This document shows, one piece after another, positions 1-11,256 of a stretch of DNA of 64,000 nucleotides; position 1 is the first letter of the stretch, and every line of letters starts with the position of its first letter. Origin of the DNA: Candidatus Eiseniibacteriota bacterium (GTDB lineage: Bacteria > Eisenbacteria > RBG-16-71-46); the NCBI GenBank assembly GCA_963776245.1, contig CAVZLN010000006.1, positions 320,001-384,000 on the forward strand, given 5' to 3'. The position numbers and the translations under genes are program-made. The notes under the pieces were generated by a model, which saw only the letters and a list, made by a program, of their open reading frames with translations, was not told where the DNA came from and did no database searches.

Positions 1-528
1 GCGGTGGTGCTGGCCCACTGGGGCTACACGCTCCACGCGGTGGCCGGGGTGCAGCTGAGCCGCTGGCTGTCCGCCGCGGTGCGCGAGACCAAGCAGGAGC
101 TCGCCATCCACACCGTGTCGCCCGAGGACGGCTTCCGCAAGCTGCTGCGCGCGCTCGAGCACAACGACCTGGTCGCCCTGATGGTGGACGGCGACATCTA
201 CAGCCATGGCGGCCAGGTCGAGTGGTTCGGTCGTGAGACCCGCTTCCCCTCCGGCCCCGGCGTGCTCGCGCAGCGCACCGGCGCGCTGCTGATCAGCGGC
301 TACTGCGAGCGCCTCGGCCGCGGGCGCTTCCGCATCGTGATGGAGCCCCCGCTCGATCCCGCCGCCTTCCCGACCGACCGCCGCGCTCAACCAGGCGGTC
401 GCGGCCACCATCGAGCGCCACATCCGCGAGCACCTCGACCAGTGGTGCATCTTCCGTCCGATGTGGGAGCCCGCGCCCGCCACCGCTGACGGCAGCCCGC
501 GGGAGCGGCGCACGGCGCCGAAGCGTGA
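1..528 (+). CDS. Lipid A/PIM-type lysophospholipid acyltransferase (PatA/HtrB family), 5'-truncated, frameshifted near 370
   Basis: 'LLRALEHNDLVALMVDGD...VEWFGRETRFPSGPGVLAQRTGA', then in another frame 'IERHIREHLDQWCIFRPMW', the typical family C-terminus; 3' end approximate. Confidence 0.8.
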
Positions 529-1676
529 AGATCGGGATCGTCAGCCAGTCGTACTACCCGCGATACGGCGGCGTCACCGAGCACGTGCATCGCACCGCGG
601 TCGAACTGCGGCGGCGCGGCCACGAGGTCACCATCATCACCAGCCACTTCCGCGGCGGTGACACCGAGCGCGTGCCGGACGTCGAGCGCATCGGCTACAA
701 CATGCTCATCCCGTTCAACCGCGCGTTCGTGGACCTGGCGGTCGGCATCCGCCTGCGCGGCCAGCTGCGCGCGCTGCTGCGCCGCCACGGGTTCGACGTC
801 CTCCACACCCACGCGCCGCTGGTGCCGACGCTGCCGCTGATCGCCATCGAGACCGCCGAGCGTCCGCAGGTCGGCACGTTCCACACCACCGGCGGCCCCA
901 GCAGCGCTGCTCGAGACTCTTCCAGCGGCCGCTCGAGCAGCGCCTGCAGCGACTCGACGCGCGCATCGCCGTGTCCGAGACCGCGCACGAGTACGTGGCG
1001 CGCTACTTCCCCGGCGTCTACCACGTCATCCCGAACGGCGTGGACGTCGAGCGCTTCCACCCGCTCGTCCGGCCGTTCGCGGAGTGGCGCGACCCGTCGA
1101 TCGTGAACCTGCTGTTCGTCGGCCGGCTCGATCCGCGCAAGGGCGTGCAGGACCTGATCGACGCCATGCCCGAGGTGGTGCGCGCGGACCGACGGCCGCG
1201 CGCGGCTGCTGGTGGTGGGCGACTCGTACCTGCGCTCGCGGAACGAGGCCTCGGTGCCGTCCGCGCTGCGCGACCACATCCACTTCCTCGGCCACGTGCC
1301 GGGCGCCGACCTGCCGCGCTGGTACGCCACCGGCGACGTGTTCTGCTCGCCGGCGACCGGCAACGAGAGGTTCGGCATCGTGCTGGTCGAGGCCATGGCC
1401 GCGGGGCGCTCGGTGGTGTGCTCGGACATCCCGGGCTACCGCACCGTGGTCACCCCCGGCGAGAACGGCGTGGTCTTCCCGCCCGGCGACCGCGGGCGCT
1501 CGCGGCGGCCATCGCGGCGCTGGTGCACGACCCCGAGCGCCGCCGCGGCCTCGCGGCGCGCGGGCGGGCGCCGCGCGCGCTGGAGTTCGCCTGGCCGCGC
1601 GTCGTCGACCGCATCGAGGCGGTCTACCGCGACGGCCGTCACCGCGCCGCCACGGACCGGCGCCGCCGCGGCCTGA
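525..1676 (+). CDS. GT4 glycosyltransferase, PimA-like (phosphatidylinositol alpha-mannosyltransferase-like); frameshifted
   Basis: Pieces in ORFs 525-1106, 971- and 1212-1676: 'MKIGIVSQSYYPRYGGVTEHV', 'LFVGRLDPRKG', EX7E motif 'ERFGIVLVEAMAAG'. Confidence 0.8.
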
Positions 1677-1698
1677 GCCGCCCGCGCCCGAAGCGCCG

Positions 1699-2984
1699 AT
1701 GGCCGAGCCGACCGCCGCCCCAGCGCCCGCTGCTCGCGCAGCGCGACTTCGCGCTGCTGTGGTGGGGCCAGCTCGTCTCGATCCTCGGCGAGCGGCTCAA
1801 CTACCTCGCGCTGGTCGGCCTGCTGGTCGAGCACACCGCGCACTTCGCCGACGCGAGGCTCGTCGTGCTGCTGTGCCTGCTCGCCAACGTCATGGTCGCG
1901 CCCGTGCTGCTGTTCGCGCCCTTCGCGGGCCCGTGGGTGGACCGCTCGAACCTCAGGCACATGATGCTCGTCTCCGACACCGCTGCGCGCGGTGATCGTG
2001 GCCGGCATCCCGGTCGCGTACCTGGCCCTGCACCACACCCTGCCGGTGTACGTGCTGGTGTTCCTGCTGTTCACCTGCAACGTCTTCTTCCTGCCCGCCA
2101 AGAGCGCCATCACGCCGGAGATCGTGCCCGCCGAGCAGCTGCTCGCCGCCAACACGCTGCTCTCCGTCGCCGGCATCGCCGCGACCGCCGTCGGCGCGCT
2201 CGCGGGCGGCTGGATGGTGGACCACTGGGGCTGGGGCACCGCGCTGTGGGTGAACGCGGCGACCTACCTGTGGTCGGTGGTGATGCTGGCGCTGATCCGC
2301 TACCGCCCGCGAGCCACAGGCCACGCTGCCCCCGATCACCTGGCGCGGCTACCTCGCGCGAGATCGGCGAGGGCCTCGCGGTGGTCAAGCGCAGCACGCA
2401 TGGTCGGGCTCGGCGCTCATCGCGCTCGCCGCGGTCTGGCTCGGCGGCGGGTTCCTGCACGTCGCCGGCAACCAGCACATCCAGCGGGTCGCCAGCGTGC
2501 CCGGCATGGAGCGGCTCGGGCTGCTGCTGGCCGCGTTCGGGGTCGGCAGCGGGCTCGGCACCTGGTGGGTGAACCGCTTCGGCACGCGCCTTCCCGCGCC
2601 CGCTGCTGCTGGGCGTCGGGCCTGATGCTGGCGGGGCTGGCGCTGGTGGCGTTCGCGGTACGCGCGCTTTCGCGGTGTTCGCGGTCGTGGCGTTCCTCAT
2701 CGGGCTCTCCGCCGCGCCCGCGTTCATGCTGAGCGAGACGCTGCTCCAGGAGGGCACCGACCTGCGCCAGCGCGGCGCGCGTGTTCAGCCTGCGCGATTT
2801 CGCCATGCGCTTGCTGCTGCTGGTGGGCTCCACGCTCGCCGCCGCCATGACGCGGACGTGGGGCACCTCGAGCGCGATCCTGGCCAGCGCCGTGGTGGTG
2901 GGGATGGCGGGCCTGCTCGCCCTCACGTGGGGGCGGCGGCATCCCGAACTGATGCACGCGGACCGGCCCTCCGGCACGCGCTGA
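1699..2984 (+). CDS. MFS transporter (DHA3/LplT-like); frameshifted
   Basis: 'RDFALLWWGQLVSILGE', 'LLFAPFAGPWVDR', 'FFLPAKSAITPEIV', many hydrophobic helices spread over several frames. Confidence 0.8.
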
Positions 2985-3028
2985 GAGCGCTCCCCGGCCG
3001 CGACCCGCGGTGGCGGGCCCGGGGCCCT

Positions 3029-3469
3029 TCAGTCCCGGCCGGCGCTCTCCTCGCTCACGGGCAGATCGATCCCCCACCGCGCGCGCAGGGCGTCGCGGAA
3101 GGGCGCGGCATCGGCACCCTTGCCGGCGCGGCGGCGGAACTCGTCCCAGGCCTCCATCAGCGCGGGGCCGTGTTCGGCGAAGGGCCGGCCACGCGCGACC
3201 GCGTCGTCGATCTCCCGGCCATGCTGGATCGCGAGTTCGTCGAGCACCATGCGCGCGATGCGCTCCTCGCGCGTGCCCTCGGGCACCGGCGGCGGCGGCC
3301 CGGCCGGCGAGGCGCCGGGCCAGGCGCGACTCCCCACGGTCCCGTCGCGCGCCACGGAGAACGACCCGTGACACGACGGGCAGCGCACGCGCGCGCCGCC
3401 GGGACCGAGCAGCGTCTCGGGCAGCAGGTACTCGGTGACGCAGTGCGGACAGCGGACGGGGATGGGCAT
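3029..3469 (-). CDS. MJ0042-type zinc-ribbon domain protein
   Basis: 'VRCPHCVTEYLLPETLLGPGGARVRCPSCHGSF' (CxxC...CxxC), a Pro-rich linker and a helical C-terminal domain. Confidence 0.8.
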   Translation of the reverse strand: MPIPVRCPHCVTEYLLPETLLGPGGARVRCPSCHGSFSVARDGTVGSRAWPGASPAGPPPPVPEGTREERIARMVLDELAIQHGREIDDAVARGRPFAEHGPALMEAWDEFRRRAGKGADAAPFRDALRARWGIDLPVSEESAGRD

Positions 3470-3564
3470 GATCGTGTGCCGGCGCCACCGGGGCGGCCGA
3501 CGCCGCGCATCATGCCACGGACGCCTTCGGAGCGGAACCGCGGATTGTCGCGCCGGGCTCCGGC

Positions 3565-5677
3565 TCAGCCCGCCAGCGCCAGCTCGAGCGGCTCGCGGTA
3601 GTGCGCGAGCAGCGCGGCCTTGAGCGCCGCGTGTCCCGGCTCCATGAGCCACGGGTCGCGCGCCACCAGCGCCGCGCGCGGCCTCGCGGCGCCTCCTCGA
3701 GCAGCTCGCGGTCGCGCGCCAGGTCGGCGACGCTCAGCCGCGGCAGCCCGCTCTGGCGCGTGCCCCACAGCTCGCCGGGGCCGCGCAGGCGCAGGTCCGC
3801 CTCGGCGAGCGCGAAGCCGTCGTCGGTGCTGCGCCATCACCTCGAGCCGCTCGCGGCCGAGCGCGCTCGCGCCCGGGCTCGCCACGAACACGCACACCGA
3901 GCGGTGCTCGCCGCGGCCGACCCGCCCGCGCAGCTGGTGGAGCTGCGTGAGCCCGAAGCGCTCGGCGTTCTCGACCACCATGAGCGTGGCGTTGGGCACG
4001 TCCACGCCCACCTCGATCACCGTGGTGGCGACCAGCACGTGCAGCTCGCCGGCGGCGAACGCGCGCATCACCTCGAGCTTCTCGTCGGGCTTCAGGCGCC
4101 CGTGCAGCAGCCCGACCTGGCAGCCGCGCAGCGCGGGTGGGCGCGCAGGCGCTCGAACTCCCTCTCGGCGGCGCGCACCTCGGCGCGCCCGCCCTCCTCG
4201 ATCGCGGCACGACGACGTAGGCCTGCCGGCCCGCGCGCGAGCTCCTTCGCCATGAACTCGATCACCTGCGGGAACTGCTCCTCGCCGGTCACCCGCGTCA
4301 CCAGCCGGCCGCGGCCCGCGGGCCGCGAGCGCAGCGTGCTCACGTCGAGGTCGCCGTAGAACGCCAGCTGCAGCGTGCGCGGGATCGGCGTCGCGGTGAG
4401 CACGAGCACGTGCGGCAGCACGCCCTTGCTGCGCCAGCATGGCGCGCTGGCTCACGCCGAAGCGGTGCTGCTCGTCCACGATGGCGAGCGCGAGCGCGGC
4501 ATGCTGCACCTTCTCCTCGAGCAGCGCGTGCGTGCCCACCACCAGCAGCGGCTCGCCCGCGGCGAGCCGCGCCGCGCAGCGCCCGGCGCTCGCCGCGGCG
4601 GCGTGGCGCCGGTGAGCGTGGCCACCTCGACGCCCGCGGCCTCGGCGAGGCGCGCGAGCGCTGGCGGCGTGCTGGCGCGCGAGGATCTCGGTGGGCGCCA
4701 TGAACGCCACCTGGTGGCCGGCCTCGATCGCGTGCGCGGCGGCCAGCAGCGCCACCACGGTCTTGCCGCTGCCCACGTCGCCGATCACCAGCCGGTGCAT
4801 CGGCCGCGGCCGCGCGCAGGTCGGCCGCGATGTCGGCGACCGCGTCGTCCTGGCCCGTCGGTGAGCGTGAACGGCAGCGCCGCGCGCACGCGTTCGAGCA
4901 GCCGCCCGCGCCCGCCGTCGCCAGCCCGCGGCCCTCCTCGGCGAGCACGCGGCGGCGCAGCTCCATCACCATCTGCAGCAGGAACAGCTCCTCGAACGCC
5001 AGCCGGCGCCGCGCCGCGTCGTGCCGCGCGTCGTCGTCCGGGAAGTGGATCTCGCGCAGCGCCTCGCCCAGCGGCACCAGCCGGCGCCGCGGCCGCGCAC
5101 CGCGTCGGGCACGGGATCGCGCACCCGGTCGGCGACGCGCGTCGAGCGCGTGGCGCACGCGCGGCGCGCAGCGTGCGCCCGCTCAGGCCCTTGGTGAGCG
5201 CGTGCACCGGCACCAGCCGGCCGACGTGCAGCAGCTCGCCGAGGTCGCCCTCGATCACCTCGAACATCGGGTTGAGCATGCGCCGGTCGAGCGGGTCGAG
5301 CTCGCCGCTCACCACCACGCGGGTGCCGGGACGCAGCGTGCGCGCGAGGAACGGCTGGCCGAAGAAGTAGCACGCCAGCAGTGCCGATGTCGTCCACGAT
5401 GGTGGCGCTGAAGTCGGTGCGGCCGCCGCGCGTGCGCAGCGCCGCGGCGTGCCTCACCGTGCCCTCGACGGTGAGCAGCGCGCCGGGCTTCAGGTCGGCG
5501 ATGCGCACGAACCGGCTCGCGTCGAGCCAGTCGCGCGGGTAGTGGCGCAGCAGGTGCTCGACGGTGACGATCCCGAGCCGCTCGAACACCAGCGCGCGCT
5601 GCGGGCCCACGCCATGCAGGAACTGGACGCGGGACGCGGGCTCGAGGGCGGGGGCCGGACGGGTCGGGTGCGGTCAT
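3565..5677 (-). CDS. recG: ATP-dependent DNA helicase RecG; multiple frameshifts
   Basis: '[13 protein letters not shown]', '[14 protein letters not shown]', 'DEQHRFGV', 'TATPIPRTL', '[21 protein letters not shown]'. Confidence 0.93.
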
Positions 5678-5773
5678 GACGGGCGGCAGCGTACGGCCTC
5701 GGGCCGGCGCGCGCCACGCCGCCGGAGCGCCGCGCGGCCCGGGTGGCCGCCGCTTGGCGGGCGAGGCGGTCAC

Positions 5774-5803
5774 TTTACAGGCGCGCCCCTCAACTGTTAC
5801 CTT
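5774..5803 (+). promoter_or_regulatory. Putative sigma70 promoter for rpmB
   Basis: TTTACA-18 bp-TACCTT with an extended -10 TG, in an AT-richer patch of the divergent recG/rpmB gap. Confidence 0.6.
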
Positions 5804-5873
5804 CCGTCGCCTTTTCCCATCTGGATCATGTCGCCCGGGCGGCCCTGCCCGCGGCCCGGCAAGGAGGTATCCG

Positions 5874-6092
5874 TTGGCTCAGCGCTGTCACATCTGCGGC
5901 AAGGGGACGATGTCCGGCAACAACGTGAGCCACGCTCACAACATCACCAAGCGGACCTTCAACCCCAACCTCCAGCGCGTGCGCGCGATCGTGGAGGGAC
6001 GGGTGCGCAACATCGACGTGTGCACGCGCTGCATCCGCGGCAACAAGGTCACCAAGGCGGTGCGCCGCATCCACCGGACCGAGACCGCCTGA
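5874..6092 (+). CDS. rpmB: 50S ribosomal protein L28, zinc-binding (CxxC/CxxC) type, TTG start
   Basis: SD AAGGAGGT at 5861-5868; '[33 protein letters not shown]...VCTRCIR'. Confidence 0.96.
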   Translation: MAQRCHICGKGTMSGNNVSHAHNITKRTFNPNLQRVRAIVEGRVRNIDVCTRCIRGNKVTKAVRRIHRTETA

Positions 6093-6113
6093 GTCCGAGC
6101 GGTCCGCCGTGAC

Positions 6114-6152
6114 GCACGAGGCCCCGCGGGTCCGCCCCGCGGGGCCTCGCGC
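6114..6152. terminator. GC-rich hairpin between convergent rpmB and TPR genes
   Basis: CGAGGCCCCGCGGG-tccgc-CCCGCGGGGCCTCG perfect 14-bp stem; no strong U tract. Confidence 0.65.
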
Positions 6153-6170
6153 ATTCCGGCGCCGGGGCGC

Positions 6171-7822
6171 CTAGGCGTCGGGCGCGCGCGCGGTGCTCAG
6201 CATCTCGCGCCACTCCAGCATCTGGCGCGGCAGGGCGTGCAGCGGGTCGAGCTCGAGCGCCGCGCGAACTCGATGTCGGCCTCGGCGGTGCGCCCGATCG
6301 CCAGGAGCGCCCAGCCCAGGTCGGCGCGCGCCGCGCCGAATCCGGGGTGAAGCGCCAGCGCCGCCCGCAGCGGGGCCTCGGCTCCCGCGGCGTCCCCGCG
6401 CAACAGCCGCGTGCGCCCCAACAGCGCGTGCGCGTCGGCCCAGCCCGGACGGCGCCCCGCCAGCCCGGCGAGCAGCTCCTCCGCGGCGGCGGGCCGTCCG
6501 TCGGCGATCTCGAGGTGCGCCAGGTCGAGCGCCGCGGCGCCATAGCCCGGCTCGATGCGCAGCGCCTCCCGGAACTCGGCCCGCGCCCCCGCCGTGTCAC
6601 CCTTCGCGCGCAGCGCCCGCGCCAGCGCGACGTGCAGGTCGGGGTAGTCGCCCTGCAGCGCCACCGCACGGCGCAACTCGGCCTCCGCCGCCGCGGCATC
6701 GCCCAGGGCCGCGAGCAGCGGACCGCTCTCGCGCGCGCCTTGCGCCACCTCGCGGTCGCGCACCAGCCCCTTGCGGATGGCGCGCAGGGCCTCGGCATCG
6801 CGGCCGAGCGCGTGATACACCAGCCCGAGCAGGCGCCAGGCGCGCGCGAACTCCCGATTGAGCGCCACCGCGCGCTCGAGCGGCGCGACCGCGCCCGCCA
6901 GGTCGCCGGCGCGGAAGCACGCCAGACCGAGCCAGAACCTCAGGTCGGGGTAGTCGGGGAAGGCCTCGACCGCCGGCTCCAGCCCGCGCACCGCCTCCCG
7001 CGCCGCGCCGCGCTCGAGCCTCGCCCGCGCCGCGAGCAGCAGGGCTTCGAGGTAGCGCGGATTGATCTTCAGCGCGGCCTCGAGCTGCACGAGCGCGGCG
7101 TCCGAACGCCCGGCCTCGAGCAGCAGCCCGCCCAGCCGGCAGCGCAGGTCCGCGTACGACGGACGCTCCTCGACCGCGCGCGTCAGCTCCTCGATGGCCC
7201 CCGACAGATCGCCGGCGTGGTAGCGCTCGAGCGCCACCTCGAGCGGCATCGCCCCGTCCTGGGCGGTAGCGCTCGACGGCGGCAGCAGGCGCTGCCAGTC
7301 GGCGCTGCCCCATTCGGACGCGCGCGCCGTGGCGAGCTCGGGAGGCGGCGCGAAGCCGAGCTCGAGCGCCCGCGCGAGAGCCGCCTGCGCGCCGGCGGCA
7401 TCCCGGAGGTGGCTGCGGCACACCGCCTCGAGCAGATGGGCCTCGAGATAGCGGGGATGCTCTTCGAGCGCCCGCTCCAGATCCACCAGCGCCTCGTCCA
7501 CCCGGCCCGAGCGCTCGAGGATGCGGGCACGGTAGTAGAGCAGGTCGGGGAACGACGGATTCTCGTCGAGCGCGCGGTCGAACTGGTCCTCGGCGCGCGC
7601 GTACTGGCCGGCGTGGTAGAACGCCAGGCCGAGGTGCGCCCGCGCCTCCGCGGCGTAGCACCGCGCCAGGCTCTGGTCGGGGTCCGCGGGATCGCGCACC
7701 TCGTCGAGCGCCTGCTCGAACGCCTCGGCCGCGCGTTCGAACTCGCCGCGGTTGAAATGCACCATGCCGCGGTTGTAGTGCCGGTTGTGGCCCCACTTCA
7801 GCAGGGTAGAGAAGATGCCCAG
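6171..7822 (-). CDS. Multi-TPR repeat protein; frameshift near the C-terminus
   Basis: Repeated TPR units ('NPSFPDL','HPRYLEA','RPSYADL','NPRYLEA','FPDYPDL'); C-terminus continues '...LELDPLHALPRQMLEW' to TAG at 6171-6173. Confidence 0.85.
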
Positions 7823-7940
7823 GGACGGCTCCTTTCCCAGTCGCGCCCGATGCGGGCGGGCCCGCGCGGCACCCGGGAGAGTGGGCACACGCGCGGGCTC
7901 ACCACCCGCCAGAGTCTATCCGCTTCCGCGCCCCCCGCGC

Positions 7941-9082
7941 TCAGTCCATCTGCTTGCGCAGGAAGGTCGGGATATCGAGCGAGCCCCCGCGCTCGGCCCC
8001 GCGTCCCCAGCGATTCGGACGCACGGTCGGCTCGCGCCACGGCTTCGGATGCCCCAGTTCCTCGTGCTCGCCCTCCGCGGCCGGCGCGGCGGCGCGTGAC
8101 TTCTCGAGCGGCCGCACGCGCGGCTCGTGGTGTCCGAACCCGGTGGCGACCACGGTGATCTGCAGTTCGCCGTCCATGTTCGGGTCGATGACCGAGCCGA
8201 AGATGACGTTCGCGTCCTCGCCCGCCGCCTGCACCACCACGCTCGCGGCCTCGTTGACCTCGTGCAGGGTCATGTCGCGACCGCCGGTGATGTTGACCAG
8301 CACCCCTTCGGCGCCCTAGATCGAGACGTCCTCGAGCAGCGGGCTCGACACCGCGGCCTGCGCGGCCTCGGCCGCGCGGTTCGGGCCGGTGGCGCGGCCG
8401 GTGCCCATGAGCGCGTTGCCGCGGTTCGACATCACGCCTTCACGTCGGCGAAGTCGAGGTTCACGAGCCCCGGCACCGTGACCAGGTCCGAGATGCCCTT
8501 GGTGGCCTTGAGCAGCACGTCGTCGGCGACCCCGAACGCGTCCGAGAGCGACGTGCTGCGGTCGACGACCGCCAGCAGTCGCTCGTTGGGGATGACGATC
8601 AGGGTGTCCACCTCCGCGCGCAGTTCGGCGATGCCCTCCTCGGCCTGGCGCAGGCGCCGCCGGCCCTCGAAGCTGAACGGCCGGGTCACCACCGCCACCG
8701 TGAGCGCACCGGTCTGGCGCGCCAGCCGCGCCACCACCGGCGCCGCGCCGGTGCCGGTGCCGCCGCCCATGCCGGCGGTGATGAACACCATGTCGCTGTC
8801 GGTGAGCGCGTCGGCGATCGCCTGCTCGTCCTCCTCCGCCGCGCGGCGGCCCTGCGAGGGGTCGCCGCCGGCACCCAGGCCGCGGGTCGCGCCGCTGCCG
8901 ATCTGCAGGCGGTGCGGCGCCAGCGACTGCTGCAGCGCCTGGACGTCGGTGTTGGCGGCGATGAACTCGACGCCGCGCAGCCCGGCGCCGATCATGCGAT
9001 TCACCGCGTTGCCGCCCGCCCCTCCCACGCCGATCACCTTGAGCTTCGCGGTGGACTGACTGTCGATCTCCAGCTCGAACAT
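7941..9082 (-). CDS. ftsZ: Cell division GTPase FtsZ; frameshift near 8435 and a spurious TAG at 8316-8318
   Basis: '[15 protein letters not shown]', 'GMGGGTGTG', 'NLDFADV', C-terminal peptide '[12 protein letters not shown]'. Confidence 0.97.
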
Positions 9083-9166
9083 GAGGCACCTCTCCCTGTG
9101 CCGTTCCCCCGCCGCGCCCCGGCGGACCTTCCGCCGGCGTCCCCGGGCGGGGGTGAGACCCCGGAT

Positions 9167-10400
9167 CTAGAACAACTCGCTGAACCAGCGGCTGATGTCG
9201 AAACCCTGGCGCGGCGCGCGCTGCCGGTCGCTGGTGCGGCCGGTGATGCTCTCCTCGCCTGCGCGGCGTGGAGCACCAGCCCCACGCCGGTCGCGAACCG
9301 CGGATCGGCGACGTTCGCGGACAGCCCGCCCAGCCCCTGCGGCACGCCGAGCCGCACCGGCATCTCGAACACCTGCTCGGCCAGCTCGACGATGCCCGGC
9401 ATGAGCGAGGTGCCGCCGGTCAGCACCACGCCGCCGCCGAGCAGCTCGGCGAAGTGGTTCTTCTTCACCTCCTTGTTGGCGAGCGCGAAGATCTCCTCCA
9501 TGCGCGGCTCGATCATCGACGCCAGCACGTGGCGCGAGATCTCGCGGTCGACCCGGCCGCCGACGCCGGCCACCATGACGGTCTGTTCCGCGGGCACCAG
9601 CGACGCGAGCGCGCAGCCGTGCTGGAGCTTGATCTGCTCGGCCTTGTCGATGGGGGTGCGCAGGCCGATGGCGATGTCGTTGGTCACGTTGGCGCCGCCC
9701 AGCGAGATGATCGCGGTGTGGCGGATCGAGCCCTCGAGGAACACCGCGACGTCGGTGGTGCCGCCGCCGATGTCGAGCAGCACCACGCCGAGGTCCCGCT
9801 CGTCGTCGTCGAGCACCGCGTGGCCGACGCCAGCGGCTCGAGGACCAGGTCGTAGACCTTGAGCCCGGCGCGCTGGATCGCGCGGCAGATGTTCTTCGCG
9901 CACGTCACCGCGCCGGTGATGATGTGCACCTCGGCCTCGAGCCGCACGCCGCTCATGCCGACCGGGTCCTTGATGCCGTCCTGGTCGTCGACGATGTACT
10001 CCTGCGGGATCACGTGGATGATCTCGCGGTCCATCGGGATGGCGATCGCCTTGGCGGCCTCGATCACGCGGTCCACGTCGGCCGGGCCGATCTCGTTGTC
10101 CTTGCGCGACACCGCGATCACGCCGCGGCTGTTGATGCTGCGGATGTGGTCGCCCGCGATCCCGGCGTACACGCCCTTCACGTACACGCCCGCCATGCGC
10201 TCGGCCTCGTCGACCGCGCGCTGGATGCTGGCGACGGTCTTCTCGAGGTCCACCACCACGCCGCGCCGCAGCCCCTCACTCGGCGCGTTGCCCACGCCGA
10301 CCACGCGCAGCTCGCCGGAGCCGTTCAGGTCGGCGATGATGCACGAGATCTTGGTGGTGCCGATGTCGAGACCGACGTACGTCCGGACCGCCTGTGCCAT
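9167..10400 (-). CDS. ftsA: Cell division protein FtsA; frameshifted
   Basis: 'VGLDIGTTKI', 'PVGMSGVRLEAEVHIITG', 'LLDIGGGTTD', 'VVLTGG', C-terminal amphipathic 'WFSELF'. Confidence 0.95.
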
Positions 10401-10423
10401 GGGGTCCTCACCTCCCGGGGGCC

Positions 10424-11256
10424 TACCCCGCGTGGTTGCGGCGCGCGGCGCCGGCCGATGGATCGCCCGCGATCGACGCGGGCCGGACGATGATCTGGTC
10501 CTCGAACCGCACGTCCACCTCGCGGGCGACCATGCCGCGCTGGTGGAGGTCGGCGAGTGCGACGCGCAGCCCGGACAGCGGCCGGGTGGCGGGCGGCCAT
10601 GCCGGCGCCGAGCACCCGTATGCCGTTCATGAGCAGCAGGCGGGTGACGCGCGCACCGCTCACGTCCACCTCCGACACCTGCCCCGCCAGCCGCAGCGCT
10701 CGTCCCTCGAGCGCCCGCATCCACGCGAGCGCGCGCTGCACCGCGGGGCGCTCATCTGGGCGCCCGCCGGCAGCGCGGAGATGTCGGGGCCGGTGAGCAT
10801 CGGCACGTCGGCCATGACGCCCGCCGCCAGCGGCTCGAGCAGGACGCCGCACGAGTCGATCTCCCACGGCTCGCCGTGGCGCACCAGCAGCACCGGCACG
10901 CGCTCGTGGATGCGCACGTCGAGGCCGCGCGGGAAGCGGCGCGACCTCGGCCCGCTCGATGCGCGGGTCGGAGCCGCAGGCGCTGGCGCACGCGCACCAG
11001 GTCGAGCGCCCACAGGTCCTGCCCCTCCGCCAGCCCGGCGATCGCGACCACGCGCGCGGCGTCGAGGTAGCGCGTGCCCGCGACCCGGATGCCGTGCACG
11101 ACCGCGAACCGCTGGCGCAGCGCGCCCCACGGCACCTGCGCCAGCAGGGTCACCAGGCCGATGACGCCCATCATCGCCAGCACGCGCCGCAGCCGGCCGC
11201 CGCCGGTCGCGCGGGGCGGGGCTGGCGCGCAACGCCCGGCCCTGGTAGGTCGTCAT
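10424..11256 (-). CDS. ftsQ: Cell division protein FtsQ/DivIB; multiple frameshifts
   Basis: One TM helix, POTRA-like 'FAVVHGIRVAGTRYL', 'RRFPRGLDVRIHERVP', 'VDVRFEDQIIVRP'; lies between murC and ftsA. Confidence 0.85.
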
